DNA of 64,000 bases from Paraspadella gotoi (taxonomy: Eukaryota > Animalia > Chaetognatha), in the NCBI GenBank assembly GCA_051294375.1, contig CM119271.1:1234721-1298720 (forward strand). Direction: 5' to 3'. The notes under the pieces are model-generated. The model was given only the letters and a program-made list of their open reading frames with translations. It was not told the DNA's origin and did not search any database. Positions 1 to 11,852 of this stretch are shown one piece after another. How positions within the stretch are numbered: position 1 is the stretch's first letter; each line of letters opens with the position of its first letter. A program made the translations under genes and the position numbers.

Positions 1-523
1 GCTAAATATGTTGCAGACGGTAATGAGCGGAATTTATTATAGAGAGCTCACCTAGATTCAGCATAGATCGGTTTGGGTAAGGTCATTGGAAACTAGAGTT
101 CCGATGGAGTTCTGATAAAATCATTCTTAACCTGCAGCAAAAAGGTAAGGACGGCCAAAGGCTTATTGTAAGAGACTCGAGGAAATATAACATAAATAAA
201 CCCCGACACTGGCTAATCAATAATTATATCGCGTGATCTGAATGAAAATAGAAAAGTTAACGCAAAATAATATCAGAAGTAAAGTTTTATTGATTAAATC
301 AAGTAAGTTCGTTTCTATTCCAAACATTTGGCAAAAGTTCATGTCCAACAACAGTAGCGTTAACTGCTGCTTGTAAATGTTTCATTTTTGTCTTGTCATG
401 TAATCATCAGGAAAAAAAACGCGGCGCAACACCTTGAAATTATCTGTTCTTGTTTTTTGAATTTTTAAGACTTTTTCTTTTGTTAGGATTTTATTTATCC
501 CTTTTTACGCTCATTCAATCCAG

Positions 524-1242
524 GCACGATGCCCAACGCGAACGAAGTGATGAAGCGACTCAAAATGTCCGACACTGGTGACGAGTTCGGCAACGAGGTC
601 TTCAAGGTTAAGATGACAACTCCGGTCCGATGGCCGGCGGGCCGGGTCTTAAACCCCGACATCGCTCCGCCTCCCGTCGTCCCTATCTTCGGCGCCAAGT
701 ACAACTTTTCCTTGGAGAACGTCGTAGACTGCCCGGAGTACCTCGTCCACTTCGGCGCCTTCAAGAAGATGGCGGAAAAGCACGGCATGAAGCTGGTTTA
801 CGCCAAGAGGTTTCCCGATTACGCCAAACAGGTTGGCCGATTGATTCATCAAGTCATGTCTTTGGTTTGATTCGTTATTACCTCAAATTACTACCCTTAG
901 GTTCTGGAATTCGACCCTCAATCTCGCGGACTGATGCAGAGAATGAACGCGCTGGAGTGCTACCCTGCCCCCGAGGACAAACGGCTTGTCAGCTCCGACG
1001 AATACGCCTACGTGCACGCCGCGGAGCACGTCAATGCCATCGCCTCTAAGATAGCGGCTGCGACGCCGACGCCGACTCCGCCCCCCGAGACCGAGGACGG
1101 ACGGAACGGCGGGGAGGGTCACGTTAAACCCACCCCAAAGATCCGCGTGGGGACGCTCTCTAAGGCCGAATGGGAGGCAGTGACTCTGTACATGGTGTTC
1201 GCCTTTCAGAAAATTTCGGATCCTGTCGGCGGGAATCGATGA
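524..1242 (+). CDS. RNMT: mRNA cap guanine-N7 methyltransferase, last two exons (5' part upstream of or outside the readable window)
   Basis: Exons 524-831 and 901-1242 joined by a GT-AG intron. Motifs GTMPNA, FGNEVFKV, PIFGAKYNFSLENVVDCPEYLVHF, and GTLSKAEWEAVTLYMVFAFQK typical of the RNMT/Abd1 C-terminus. Confidence 0.9.
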
Positions 1243-1421
1243 AATTCTTTTGTTTTTCAGTTTAGACCTTCGTTTTGACTTTTTCGTGTTTTTTCCCGTT
1301 CATTCGTTGCTTGTTTAAACTTTAACTATCATTATGGATATTGAACTATCTCCTTACTTTTTCTTCGCTTTAGTTATTTTGTTAGTTTCGTATCAGTTTT
1401 TTTAAGACTCAATAGAAAACA

Positions 1422-1499
1422 ATGGCTCCCAAATACGCGATGGCCATCGGAAGAGTTAAAGACAAGGGGTTCCGTACGACGAAACACAAAGTGAGTGGG

Positions 1500-1555
<56 letters not shown>

Positions 1556-1871
1556 CGATCGTGCTCAGTGACAATCATGATTTTCAATCAAATCCCCTAT
1601 TTTCCCCCCTCGCAAGGCCCCTGTGAAGCCCTCCCGACGCAAGGGCGTCCAACATAAGAGAGTTCGCTTCGTTCGCGACTTGGTCCGCGAGTTAGCCGGG
1701 TTCGCCCCTTACGAGAAGCGCTGCCTCGAGCTGCTCAAGGTCTCCAAGGACAAGCGGTGTCTCAAGTTTGCCAAGAAGCGGCTCGGCGCCCACGTGCGAG
1801 GAAAGCGGAAGCGTGAAGAGATGCAGGCTACGCTGCAGGCGCAGAGGAAGGCGGCCAGCGCCAAGCAGTGA
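1422..1871 (+). CDS. RPL36: 60S ribosomal protein L36 (eL36), 2 exons
   Basis: Exon 1422-1490 ([10 protein letters not shown]...), intron gtgagt..cgcaag containing (GA)n, exon 1617-1871 with [51 protein letters not shown]. Confidence 0.96.
1503..1549. repeat. (GA)n microsatellite in RPL36 intron
   Basis: About 23 perfect GA units. Confidence 0.95.
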
Positions 1872-2077
1872 AGAGGGTCGTCGCGATGGCTGGGAAGCGT
1901 GTTTTTTTTTGGGGGGGGGGTCATAAGAACTAAATGAAATTGTTTCCTTAAATTGTGAAAAAAAATCGTGTTGTAATTCTTTTTTTGAGGGCAAAGAAAA
2001 CCTGTTTATATTTCTGTTTCAGATTATTTTTTGTTCCTAAAGTTAAAGCAAAGTTTAAAATCAAAGTTTTGAGTAGC

Positions 2078-2494
2078 ATGTCTGTGGAAAAACCGAAGTC
2101 TCTGGCATCGAACTCGTCCGGTTCAACTTCTTCCTCGACCGAATTGTTTGCGATTGATTTCGAGGTAGGCCAAATTGAGAGGAAAGAAAAAAAAGAGCGA
2201 GGGCAAAGATAGTTGCAATTCTCTTCCTCTCAGATATTCGGCAAAGTCCAAGGAGTCTTTTTCCGCAAGTGCACCCAAAAAGAAGGGAAGCGGCTCGGTC
2301 TCAAAGGATGGGTGATGAACACCGACAGCTTCACGGTTTTGGGCCACGCCGAGGGTTCCAAGGCCAAGCTTAATCAGTTCAAGAATTGGCTGAGCAAGAC
2401 CGGAAGCCCCAAGTCGCGCATCGACCGGGCCGAGTTCTCGGAGGAGAAGTCGATCCCTCGAGTCTCTCGTCCGGATTTCGTAGTCCGACGCTGA
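2078..2494 (+). CDS. ACYP: Acylphosphatase, 2 exons
   Basis: Exons 2078-2164 and 2234-2494 splice to ...DFE|IFGKVQGVFFRK..GLKGWVMNT..TV.G..WL.KTGSPKSRIDR, the acylphosphatase signature. Confidence 0.93.
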
Positions 2495-2698
2495 GAGGCA
2501 TCGAAGGGTGCCGGAAGGGGGAGGGAGTGGGTTTAAGGGGAAAATCTTCGTTCGTTTGTGGACAGAGAAAAAAACACAGAATAAAAAACAAAAGTTAAAA
2601 AAAAAACAAAAAAAAAACTTCTAGTCCGACTTTTAGAAACTACATACAATCAACTACAATTCAAATTCACCTCACTACGGTCAAGAAAGAAACAAAAA

Positions 2699-5600
2699 AT
2701 GTCTCACCTCTTGGGAAACGAGGATTGCCTCAAGTCTCTCTCCCAAGACGTCGCCGATATCAGCCGTGTCATCTCCGAGGTGTTGTCCCGCACCGGACCC
2801 TTGCGCGTTCGGTCCTGGAAGTTCCCGGACAAGATCGCTACTGATCTCCACGTTGACGACATACTTGAGCGGTATGCCTTTTCTGAGGACGACGAACTCG
2901 ACAATCAAGTGTCCCACTTTTCCTTGCTGGAGCTGCTCATCGACCGCCTTCTACTGGCGTTGCATTGCGCCACGGCATTTGGCGAGCGGATCGCTGCCCC
3001 GCCCTCCGTCTCCTCGTCTTCAGCGCGACCCCTCGCCGCCGACGCGTCGGCCGCGCCCACTTCTGCCGGGCTCATCGTCAAAAAGTTTTGGTTAAAGGTC
3101 GTTAAAATCTCCACCGCTGTCGCTCAGCTGCGGAGCGAGTCGTCGACTTCCGACCGAGAAGTCGCCGAGATGCGCGCCAAGATCCTCGAGCTGAAGGAAG
3201 AGTTGGAGAAGACGGCCGCGTCGGGTCGCGCAGCCCTAGCCATCGCGGAGAGCGGAAACTCGGCGGTTTCCTCCGTCCGCGTTGAAACGGCAGGTTGTGT
3301 CATGGCCTCTGCCTTTGGCGAAGGAGCAACTTCGTCTTCATCGACCCGGGGCAGCATGGCTCCGTCCGGCGGCAGCGGCGGCGCCGGGCAATCGGTAAAG
3401 TTCGCCTTTGACGCATTGAGCGCCGCGCGACAAGCGCCTTGCCCGAACATTGGAAACGACTCTTCGCAGAGAGGATGTCAGACAACAGAGACGGCCTTCG
3501 CCCCCTGCGGCGCTTGTCACGAGGCACAGAGTCATGTCAGGTGAATTTAAGGACCATGTCTAACGTCTTTCTAATTTTAGCTAATTTTGCCGCATTCGCA
3601 TTCTGTTTTTTAGGATGTTAGTAAATAAGCAAGTTATTGTTTAAAAAGTAATATTTTTCTCACGATTCTCTCCTTTTAATCGTAGGGGAAATGGTGAGGC
3701 CCTGATGGACGTTTGCAAACGGCTGGAGGTCCCGCCTTCGGCCCACGCTGCCGCCCAGCGGGGCCAAGTCAGCCGGGACGGATGGTTGACCCCGAAGGAG
3801 CTCTCTGGGTACAACGAGGAGCAAGGACGCTGCCTCTCCAAGTTGTGCTCTTTCTTCGAGGTCAAGCTCAAGGAGAACGTGGCCCTCAAGGAAGCCCTGG
3901 TCAAATTGGAGGGAGACTTCGCCGATCGCCAATCCCGCGAAGAGAAGTTGACCAACGAGTTCTCCCGCGACCGCGGCGATTGGGTCCTCGAGAAGAAGCA
4001 ATACGCCGCCAAGATCACGGAGACGGAACGACACTGCGCCGAGCGGATCAAGGACATGCAGACCTACTTGAACAAGGTCCTGTTGGAGAAAGACCAGGCC
4101 AATATCAAGGAGAGAAAGGCCAGGGAGGACGTGGCCATGAGGGAGAGGCTCATTGCCACCGTCAAGGAAGACAAGAAGAGAGTGGCGCGGGACAAGGAGG
4201 CGGCCGAAGAGGACGCCACCAACGCTCGACGCCGTCTCGAGGAGATGGAGGATCTGCTGAAGAACGTCCGCGGAGAGAAGGAGCTCGCCGACGTGGAACG
4301 GGAAAGCGCTCAGAAGACTATGCGCAAGATGGACGCGACTATGTCGGTAAGAAGTTTAAAATCGTTCACAGGTGACAATTGATTTGTACAGTGTTGAGTC
4401 AATTTACAGAGTTTGACTCTAACATGCAAATTAGTTTTAATTTGATAATCATTTAATGAGTATTATATAAGGTTTTGGACAAGAAAGCGACGTCGTTGTT
4501 GTCGCAAGAAGAAATGTTCGTCCGCCGTATCGATCGCCTCACGGAGGAGAATGAGAATCTCGTCAAGGAGCTGGAGGAGGCTGAGAATCGGTTGGATCGG
4601 CTGCAGGAAGAGCGAGAGTCCGGGATCGGTGCCGGCGGGGTGGCAAGGGTGGAAGAGGCCGAGCGCCGAATGCGAGCGCTGGAGAAGCAAGTGTCGGCAA
4701 TGACGTCGGAACGCGCCGAGGCGGAGGCCAGGAACGCCGAGCTGAGGGACCGCCTCCGGGAGGCCAAGGAGCAGCAGCGTCTGCTCGTGGCCTTTCCCGA
4801 TCTCAATGGTCCCGTCCGCGGCGGAGAGGAAGCCTCCGACTCGGTCTCTTCGTCCATGGAATCGGGCGGCGTCAAGGACGTCGCCTCGGACATGCGGAAG
4901 CAGTTGCGGGCCAACGAGTTGAGGATCGAGGTGCTTCAGGACGAGAACGAGCGGTTGCAAGAGGCCGTCGCCAAGATGGCAGGATCAGTGGAAGAGTCGC
5001 GCATCCTCGACGCTATACACCGGTCCGAGTCCAAGACCGGCGTTCCGCGCGTTCCTCCGTCCAACGAGTTAAGGAGATCTACTTCTCAGGGAAACATGGC
5101 GCCTTGGCGTGGCGGAGATGCCGGACGAGAAAGTCGCTCGAAGAGTAAGAGCCTCAGCGCCACTACGCGGCTCTTCGGCGGCAGGGGTGGCCCCAGCCCC
5201 CCGCGTCGTTCCATGTCTTACGAAAGCCAGTCACGCGCGAGTCCGCCTTTCGAAAGTCGCACCTTGCCGACGCGCGCATTTGAGAGTCGCACCTTGCCTC
5301 CTAACGCCTTCAACATGTCCGACGAGGCCAAGGAGAACATCGCGCATCCGAATAGAAATTCGGCACCGTTCCCGCCGCCGCCGAAACGCGGCGCCGCCAA
5401 GGTTGGAGTCGCTTGGAACGCGAGAGAGATGAGAGGCGGCGCCGCTACATTTGATCGCTCCAAGAGCGCGACGGCGCCGAAAAGCGGTCTGACCTCCGCC
5501 GCTACCGCCGCCGCTTTTCAGAATCAGCGAGCGGCGACGATGAATCCGAGCGCCGTCGACGCTTATCGCCAGTTGAAGAATTCTTCTTACATCAAAGCGC

Positions 5601-5821
5601 CGGGCGGTCGGCCGCCAGGCGTCGTCCGCGCCGCCTTCGCCAATTCCGCCAGCGGTAAAAATTATTCCGTCGGGGCCAAAAGTCACGGCAAGGCTCCGCC
5701 GCCGAAGGGCCTTGATCTCGGTGTCTTCAGTTGTCCCAAATGCGACAAGATGTACACCTCGGCCAAGGATTTGGACGTGCACAAAATCTACTGCCTCGCT
5801 GCTTTGGCGACTAACTTTTGA
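2699..5821 (+). CDS. CCDC157: Coiled-coil domain-containing protein 157-like with C-terminal C2H2-type zinc finger, 3 exons
   Basis: Exons 2699-3540, 3686-4346, 4472-5821 are in phase. N-terminus MSHLLG..GP.R.RSWKFPDK..LLELLIDRLLL matches recalled CCDC157. Also has CGAC, long coiled coil, LLVAFPDLN and CPKCDKMY...H..YC. Confidence 0.85.
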
Positions 5822-6500
5822 GCAAGAGGTCTTTTTTTATTTGCAATTTTTTTTATTTTTGTTGTAACGGATTCTTATGCGATTTAAAAAGGTAACGAAG
5901 AGAATAACAGTTGCTTCGCACGAGCATGCTCCTTTTATATAGAATCGAAATAGTGTTACATATGAATCCCATGATGACAAATATTCGTTTCTTTACCGAG
6001 TAAGCATTACCCTTAGTTACGTAACATGAAAAGTTCGTTTTCATTTCTCTAAGTGTAGTTGATAATAAGTTTGTTAACGCCAACAAAACGATGCCAAATT
6101 ATACGTCCATGTTATTTAATCATACCATTATTTTCGCCACTTCGCACTTTAAACGTCACAAAGAATTTCGGATAATTGTGATCGATATTTAGTTTTATTC
6201 ACGAATCTGTCATTATCATCGTCCGTCCGATTCTAGTCCGGAAAATTTCGTGATTCGTCGTCTCGTTTCGCAGTCGTTAAATTTTATGTGAAACCGAAGA
6301 GAGAGAAAAAAAATTCCGTCCAGATTACAAGCAAAACATATTTATTAATTTATGATTTATGTTTTTCTTTTTTACGTCACAGATTTTCAAAGATGTAAGG
6401 ATGATAATGTAAGAAAAAAAAACCTTTTTGTACAACAGTAAACGCTCGAGTTCTGCATATCTGCACAATAGTAAAACCTTCGACATCTCACTTCCCCGCA

Positions 6501-8444
6501 ATGGATCGCGTCAGCCGCGGTGTCCGACGCGGCGGCGTCAAAATCATGTCGGGCCTGACGGGCGGCAATCACTCCGACCTGAACATGCTCATCTCCGAGC
6601 TGAAGGACGTCCGCAACGCCGCCAAATCCTTTATGACGGCTCAGAATAGCGCAGCGCAGCACCTGCTCAAGTGGGGCGGTGCCGAGGAGAATCGAGCCAT
6701 CCAGGATGTGTCGAGCCAGCTTTGCGAGATCAACACCACCTGGACGGAAGTCCAGCGTGACTTCAACGAGAACCTCCGCGAAATCAAGCAGACCTTCGAG
6801 CAGATCCTCGAGGGCGAGAAACACATCGATGCGGCGAAGAACCAACTCGCCGCCTGCGAACATAGAGAGGCCAAGCTGAAGAAAGAGCTAAAGAAGGTGG
6901 CCAAGCGGGCCACCATGGACGAGCTCAATCAGCTCGAGGACCGGCTGGGTCAGGCTGAGCGGGCCAAATACCTGGCCCATCTCGAGCTGACAGAACGCAT
7001 AGACGAGAGCGAGGCCATCAAGCTGATTCGGCTCAAGCAAGGCCTCCTCCAGCTGGCCGAGGCGTACGTGGAGATGGGTACCAAGTGCGGCATTCTGCAC
7101 GAAGCTGCTCGCGACATCGCGTACCAGCTACCTGACGTCAGCGGCCTGCACGGAGATTTAAGAAGCATGAAGTACACCGGCTCTGGCGCCACCAAATACT
7201 CCGTCTTTCAAGCCAAGGAAAAGGTGAGCCAATACTGCCGACCGACCAGCAATCTCCATCCACCGGCGACGCTCGCCTTGCCTCATCCCAGCGAACCCCC
7301 GCCGCCCTATTCTCCGCCGGATCAAGAGTTCCTGCAAAAGATGGCCTCGCTCCAGAGCCGCCAGCGCCACCAATCGCCTTCGCTCCAGCACCTTCAGGAG
7401 CAACTCAACGAAGAGGACCTTTGGCTGAACTCGACATCTTTCCCCGCGGGAACGACGAGTCCCGAGGGGCTGGCCTGGCGATGGAACGACTTGAATCACC
7501 CACACACTCCGACCGAGGAGAAGCGGGAGTCGCCCACCATACCCACTAACTTTTTGGAGTATCTGACCTCCACGCCTCCGAGCCGATTACAAGTCTCCGG
7601 TCCTCTCAATAACCGGCAACAGACCATGCTGAAATTACGCCAATCGGAACAGTTTATTGCCCAACAGCAACAGCACCAACATCAACACCATCATCAACAG
7701 CAACGGCAGAGTCCATCATCGGCTGCCGATGACTTCGAGGCTGACCTGGACTTTTTGTCCACTCTTCCGCCAACGACGCTGGCGGCGGCCATCGGTCAGC
7801 GGCAACGCTCTCCCGTGGCGTTGCCCGTCGTTTCTGGAGTGGAGCCCCTGCCCGGTTGTCCGCAGCTCTGTTACATCGTTTCGGCCAACGGCGGCGACTC
7901 CCGTCTTCCTCCATCGTCTTCCATTTACGCCGTGGCGGCGACACCGACCCCGATACAGGATGCCGAAGTGTTTCCTCCCCCCTGCTACGACAGTCTGCCA
8001 CGTTCGAGCAAGCCTTCCGCAACGGCGACCACCGGACGGATGAACGCCGCTGCGGCTGCCGCGGCGCCCTCGCCGACCCAAACCGAGCGTTCCTTCGAAG
8101 CTGACAACGCCCCCGAGGGCCGGGCCCCCTTCGTTCCGTCCTCTACTCGGTCCGCCCAGACCGAAGGCTTCCAGTCCCTGAACGAGGCTCCCGAGCCGTC
8201 GGGGCATCCTGAGTCTGTCCCTGTCCCACCCGCGTGCTCCCCACCGCCCTCAAGCACCGACGCGCCGCCCACAGAACACATCGGTCGTGGCGTCGACGCC
8301 GCGGAGGAAATCTCCGCCGCCCCGCCTCCACCCCTATGTTACTACCCGCCCGTTTACGTGGACGATCTGGAGGACCACGCCGGGTGGGACTCGGACTATT
8401 CGGACGGGCTAACCTCTGCAATGGGCGCCGCGAAGATAGACTAG
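6501..8444 (+). CDS. Intronless 647-aa protein: N-terminal BAR-like helical domain resembling fungal eisosome Pil1/Lsp1, plus Pro/Gln-rich tail with PPxY motifs
   Basis: Single long ORF. AAQHLLKWG..IQDVSSQL and LEDRLGQAERAKYLAHLEL resemble recalled Pil1 segments AAKQLSIWG..DVSDITDKL and LEQELVRAEAESLVAEAQL. Tail has PPPY, PPCY, PPVY. Confidence 0.7.
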   Translation: MDRVSRGVRRGGVKIMSGLTGGNHSDLNMLISELKDVRNAAKSFMTAQNSAAQHLLKWGGAEENRAIQDVSSQLCEINTTWTEVQRDFNENLREIKQTFEQILEGEKHIDAAKNQLAACEHREAKLKKELKKVAKRATMDELNQLEDRLGQAERAKYLAHLELTERIDESEAIKLIRLKQGLLQLAEAYVEMGTKCGILHEAARDIAYQLPDVSGLHGDLRSMKYTGSGATKYSVFQAKEKVSQYCRPTSNLHPPATLALPHPSEPPPPYSPPDQEFLQKMASLQSRQRHQSPSLQHLQEQLNEEDLWLNSTSFPAGTTSPEGLAWRWNDLNHPHTPTEEKRESPTIPTNFLEYLTSTPPSRLQVSGPLNNRQQTMLKLRQSEQFIAQQQQHQHQHHHQQQRQSPSSAADDFEADLDFLSTLPPTTLAAAIGQRQRSPVALPVVSGVEPLPGCPQLCYIVSANGGDSRLPPSSSIYAVAATPTPIQDAEVFPPPCYDSLPRSSKPSATATTGRMNAAAAAAAPSPTQTERSFEADNAPEGRAPFVPSSTRSAQTEGFQSLNEAPEPSGHPESVPVPPACSPPPSSTDAPPTEHIGRGVDAAEEISAAPPPPLCYYPPVYVDDLEDHAGWDSDYSDGLTSAMGAAKID

Positions 8445-9301
8445 CGCCGTGGGTTAGCGTGGCGCCCTCGTCCACTGAAGGCGCTGTCTTAAGAGAGAGA
8501 GTTGGGTGATGGGGTTGAGAATTGAGATATTGGGGAGGGTTTAATGACGGGATTCTGGCTTGTGTTCCGCTGATTAGATTCTTCCTGCGAGTGTTTGAAG
8601 AGCGCGGGAGATATTTAGACTTAAGTTGATAATCTATAGACTTAGAGCAGCACTCTTTTTTTTTACTTTTTATAAAATCATTTATCATTAGCTTAAGTTT
8701 TTGGTCCCGTCGTCAGAAGGGGAAATTGCTGATTTCGCAGTGCCATATTGTTTTTTGGGGGAAGATTTGATGATAAGGAGGAGCGGGAGAGAGAAGACTG
8801 CTATCAGAAAATTGCATTTAATGGTTGAGGTGCGTGGCTATTTAGTATTAGCATTTTTTTCCACTGGTGATTTCTTTGTATGTATGGTACTCTATTCGTA
8901 TACTCAAAAAAAAAAAAAACTGTTCTGCCTCTGCTAATTAAAAAAAGAAGGATGAAAAAATTTAATGCCAACGAAACAAATTTTCTGTCTCTCACTTGAA
9001 ATTTATCTCTCGAAACTGTGTGAAAGTCATTATTACCAAATACTTACTCATTCGCTATTTCTAAGTCTCTATGCATTAACTTGAGTTGTGTATATTTATC
9101 GCCGATTTTTGTCCATCCGCTTCGAAAACTTGAGATTTTTTTTAACCCGTGGGTACATTTTGCACTTTTATAAAATGTGAAATTACCTGTAGATCATGAC
9201 GCGAAGGAGAAAACGAAACGTTTCGTGACTCTTCTTTCAAAAAAAAAAAAAAGAAGCTATTGAATGATCATCGCTCGAGTCGATCGTCCGCCGTCGACAA
9301 T

Positions 9302-10448
9302 ATGGCGAGTCCGAATGTAAGTTTCTCAATTAGCATTCATCGAATATCCTCTTAAGCTAATAAAACTATGGCGTAATTAATTATGACCGAAAACTAGTTA
9401 AAATTATAATATTGTTTGTTAATTCTTTATGTCATGTCCCCCCTTCCTCCAGCGCCGACGCGAGGACCAGTCTTGCCTGACGACCCGTTGCGTCCTCATC
9501 GCCGTCATCATCCTTCAGATCCTCTTCGTGCTGGAGCGCCTCGTCTTCGACTTCTTGGGCGCCGTTTGGGGCCTCATCGTCTCCAACTTTGTCCACCTGC
9601 TCTTCGTCGTGATCGGCCTCTTCGGCGTCCTCCATTATCGGCCTCGCTTGCTCGGGATCAACCTTTTCTGGCTGCTTCTTTGGATCGCCTGGAACGCCCT
9701 CGTCGTCTGTGTCTTTCAGGAATTCGGTGAGTCGGTGGGGAGGGCCAGAGTGAGCTTTGTAGCTTTACTGTAAGAAAGGATTAAAAACCGTATTAAGAAG
9801 AATTACGCGGCATTTTATGACTTTTTGCCGCATTGATCGCTTTTTTAGGTGACCACTTGACTGCTACTGTTCTAGTATTATAGTAAATTACCTTTTTACC
9901 AAGGGTGAACTCACTAGATGCAAAATTAACTAATTTATGATCATTAAAAACGTAAGGGGAACAGCGACGGACAGAAAAACATACCGACCAAAAGTTATAG
10001 AGTTGCTACGCTAAAAAGGGAAAACCAATCTCCAGGCATCCTCCGCCGCGACATCGCCATCCTCGACCTCGGTCTCGGCCAAACCAGCTGGTGGCACCAA
10101 AACGGCCCCAACTGTACCCTCTCTCCTTCTTCTTCTTCCTCGGCCCTCCGCACGGACACTTCCTCGCGTCCTCCCTTCGCCCCGGAGCCGGTCGTCGAAG
10201 GTTGCCTCCTCCCTTTTTACCACATCGAGAGCGCCCAGGCCGGCCTCCAAATCCTCCTCGCTCTCCTCGCCTTCGTTCTAGGCTGCGTCGTCCTCCACGA
10301 CTACGTGACCGAGGACGACTCATTCGACTTCATCGGAGGCTTCGACACTTACTCCGCCTACCAGTCGCCCACCAAGACTAGCCACATGCAGCTGCAGCCT
10401 ATCTACGCCGCCGGCGGAGGAGGGGGAGGGGTAGTAAGCTCCAGATGA
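9302..10448 (+). CDS. NKAIN: Na+/K+-ATPase beta subunit-interacting protein (NKAIN), 3 exons
   Basis: Exons ~9302-9316, 9453-9727, 10036-10448. Motifs LERLVFDFLG.W, IGLFG...YRPR, SWW.QNGPNC and C-terminal EDDSFDFIGGFD...SHMQLQPIY. Confidence 0.9.
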
Positions 10449-11852
10449 GAGAGTATTGGATTTTCGAATCAATCTTCCGTCGAATTTTGTCGATACATGT
10501 TATCCAAGATAATGAAACATTATTACTATCATAGTATTTTCGTTCTTTTTTTTTTCTTTTTTTTCAATCCATTGATTTCGCCAACTAGAAAAATTTGGGG
10601 TTTTAAGTAGTATCGGGTAGCCACTAGCCAGGGAAATCTGGACACGTTTAAAGGGTTTTTTTCGTCTTTCATTTCTGTCCATCGAAAAAAAAAATAATAA
10701 TCGTCTGAAAAGTTCGGGTAATTTTTGATCGGTTGTTTGCGAGACGTGCATTTTGCGACTCGACTGTCTCAAAAAGCGAGAAGTAATCTCTAGTGACTTA
10801 ATGAAAAAAAAAAGAACTTATTTAGGTTCTCTACGGCGTTGGGTATTAACCTACTGGTTGTTTTGTTATTCGTATCCAGTTTTCACACCTTGATTTATTT
10901 TTTTCATAGTTAACTTTTTGTTTTCAATCGCATGGTTTTCCATTTGACTTTTCTCGCACATTTTACTTATTGACGATTGCTGAAGTTGTTAAAAAAGTTC
11001 ATGGTTCCGTGAGTCTGTGTGGTTTAATAAATTCTGAAAGATTTATTCACGTCGAGATTCTCGTTCATATCATTTCTTACTTTGAGTTTAAAGTCTTTTA
11101 ACAAAACGGACAATCAGTCTTTATATTTTTGCTCTAAGAAAATTTAATTAATGGCCGCATACATTACGAAATGTAAATTTATTCTAGTTTCTAGTGCATA
11201 GACTTAAAGAGATTCTTCTTTTGAGAGATTTTATCAAATATATTTCGATTTTTTTCAGTTTATATATCTTTAAGGTTAACAATTTAAACCTTATACGTAT
11301 CCTGTATTTACTATGTTATAGAGACCCAAAAGACATTATTAAAACTGAATAGTCATTACCTTTTTGATACTCTGTTGAAATAATATCAGATTAGCGCTCA
11401 CTTAGTTGAAATTTTGTCGAATTTTACGTTTAAAAATGGAAGACGGTTTGTGTCCACCGTTACCAACATCGTTACAATAAACCAAATCAAAATGTGATCC
11501 TTTCAATAGTCATTATCCGTTTTACTGCGCCGCAACTGTTTTTTAAATCTTATTTATTCAGAGAGGCGCGGTTTGCAATTCATCGTACACTAGTTATTTC
11601 ACTGTAATCATACTACATGTTTTTTCTATTAAGCAATAGACTTCATGAAATATATTTGTTAAGCATTAGCTCATCGAGCAACGAAAAGTATTTTCGCCGC
11701 TTGCCCTTTCCCCAGTTTTGTTTTTGGTTTTCATTATTACGATTTATACTTCGGTATTTCGTGTTCGATTTTTTGTTTTTCATACTTTTTTCTCCCGTTT
11801 GATTAGTGAAACTATATAACATATATCGATAACTTTATAAACTAGTCGCAGG

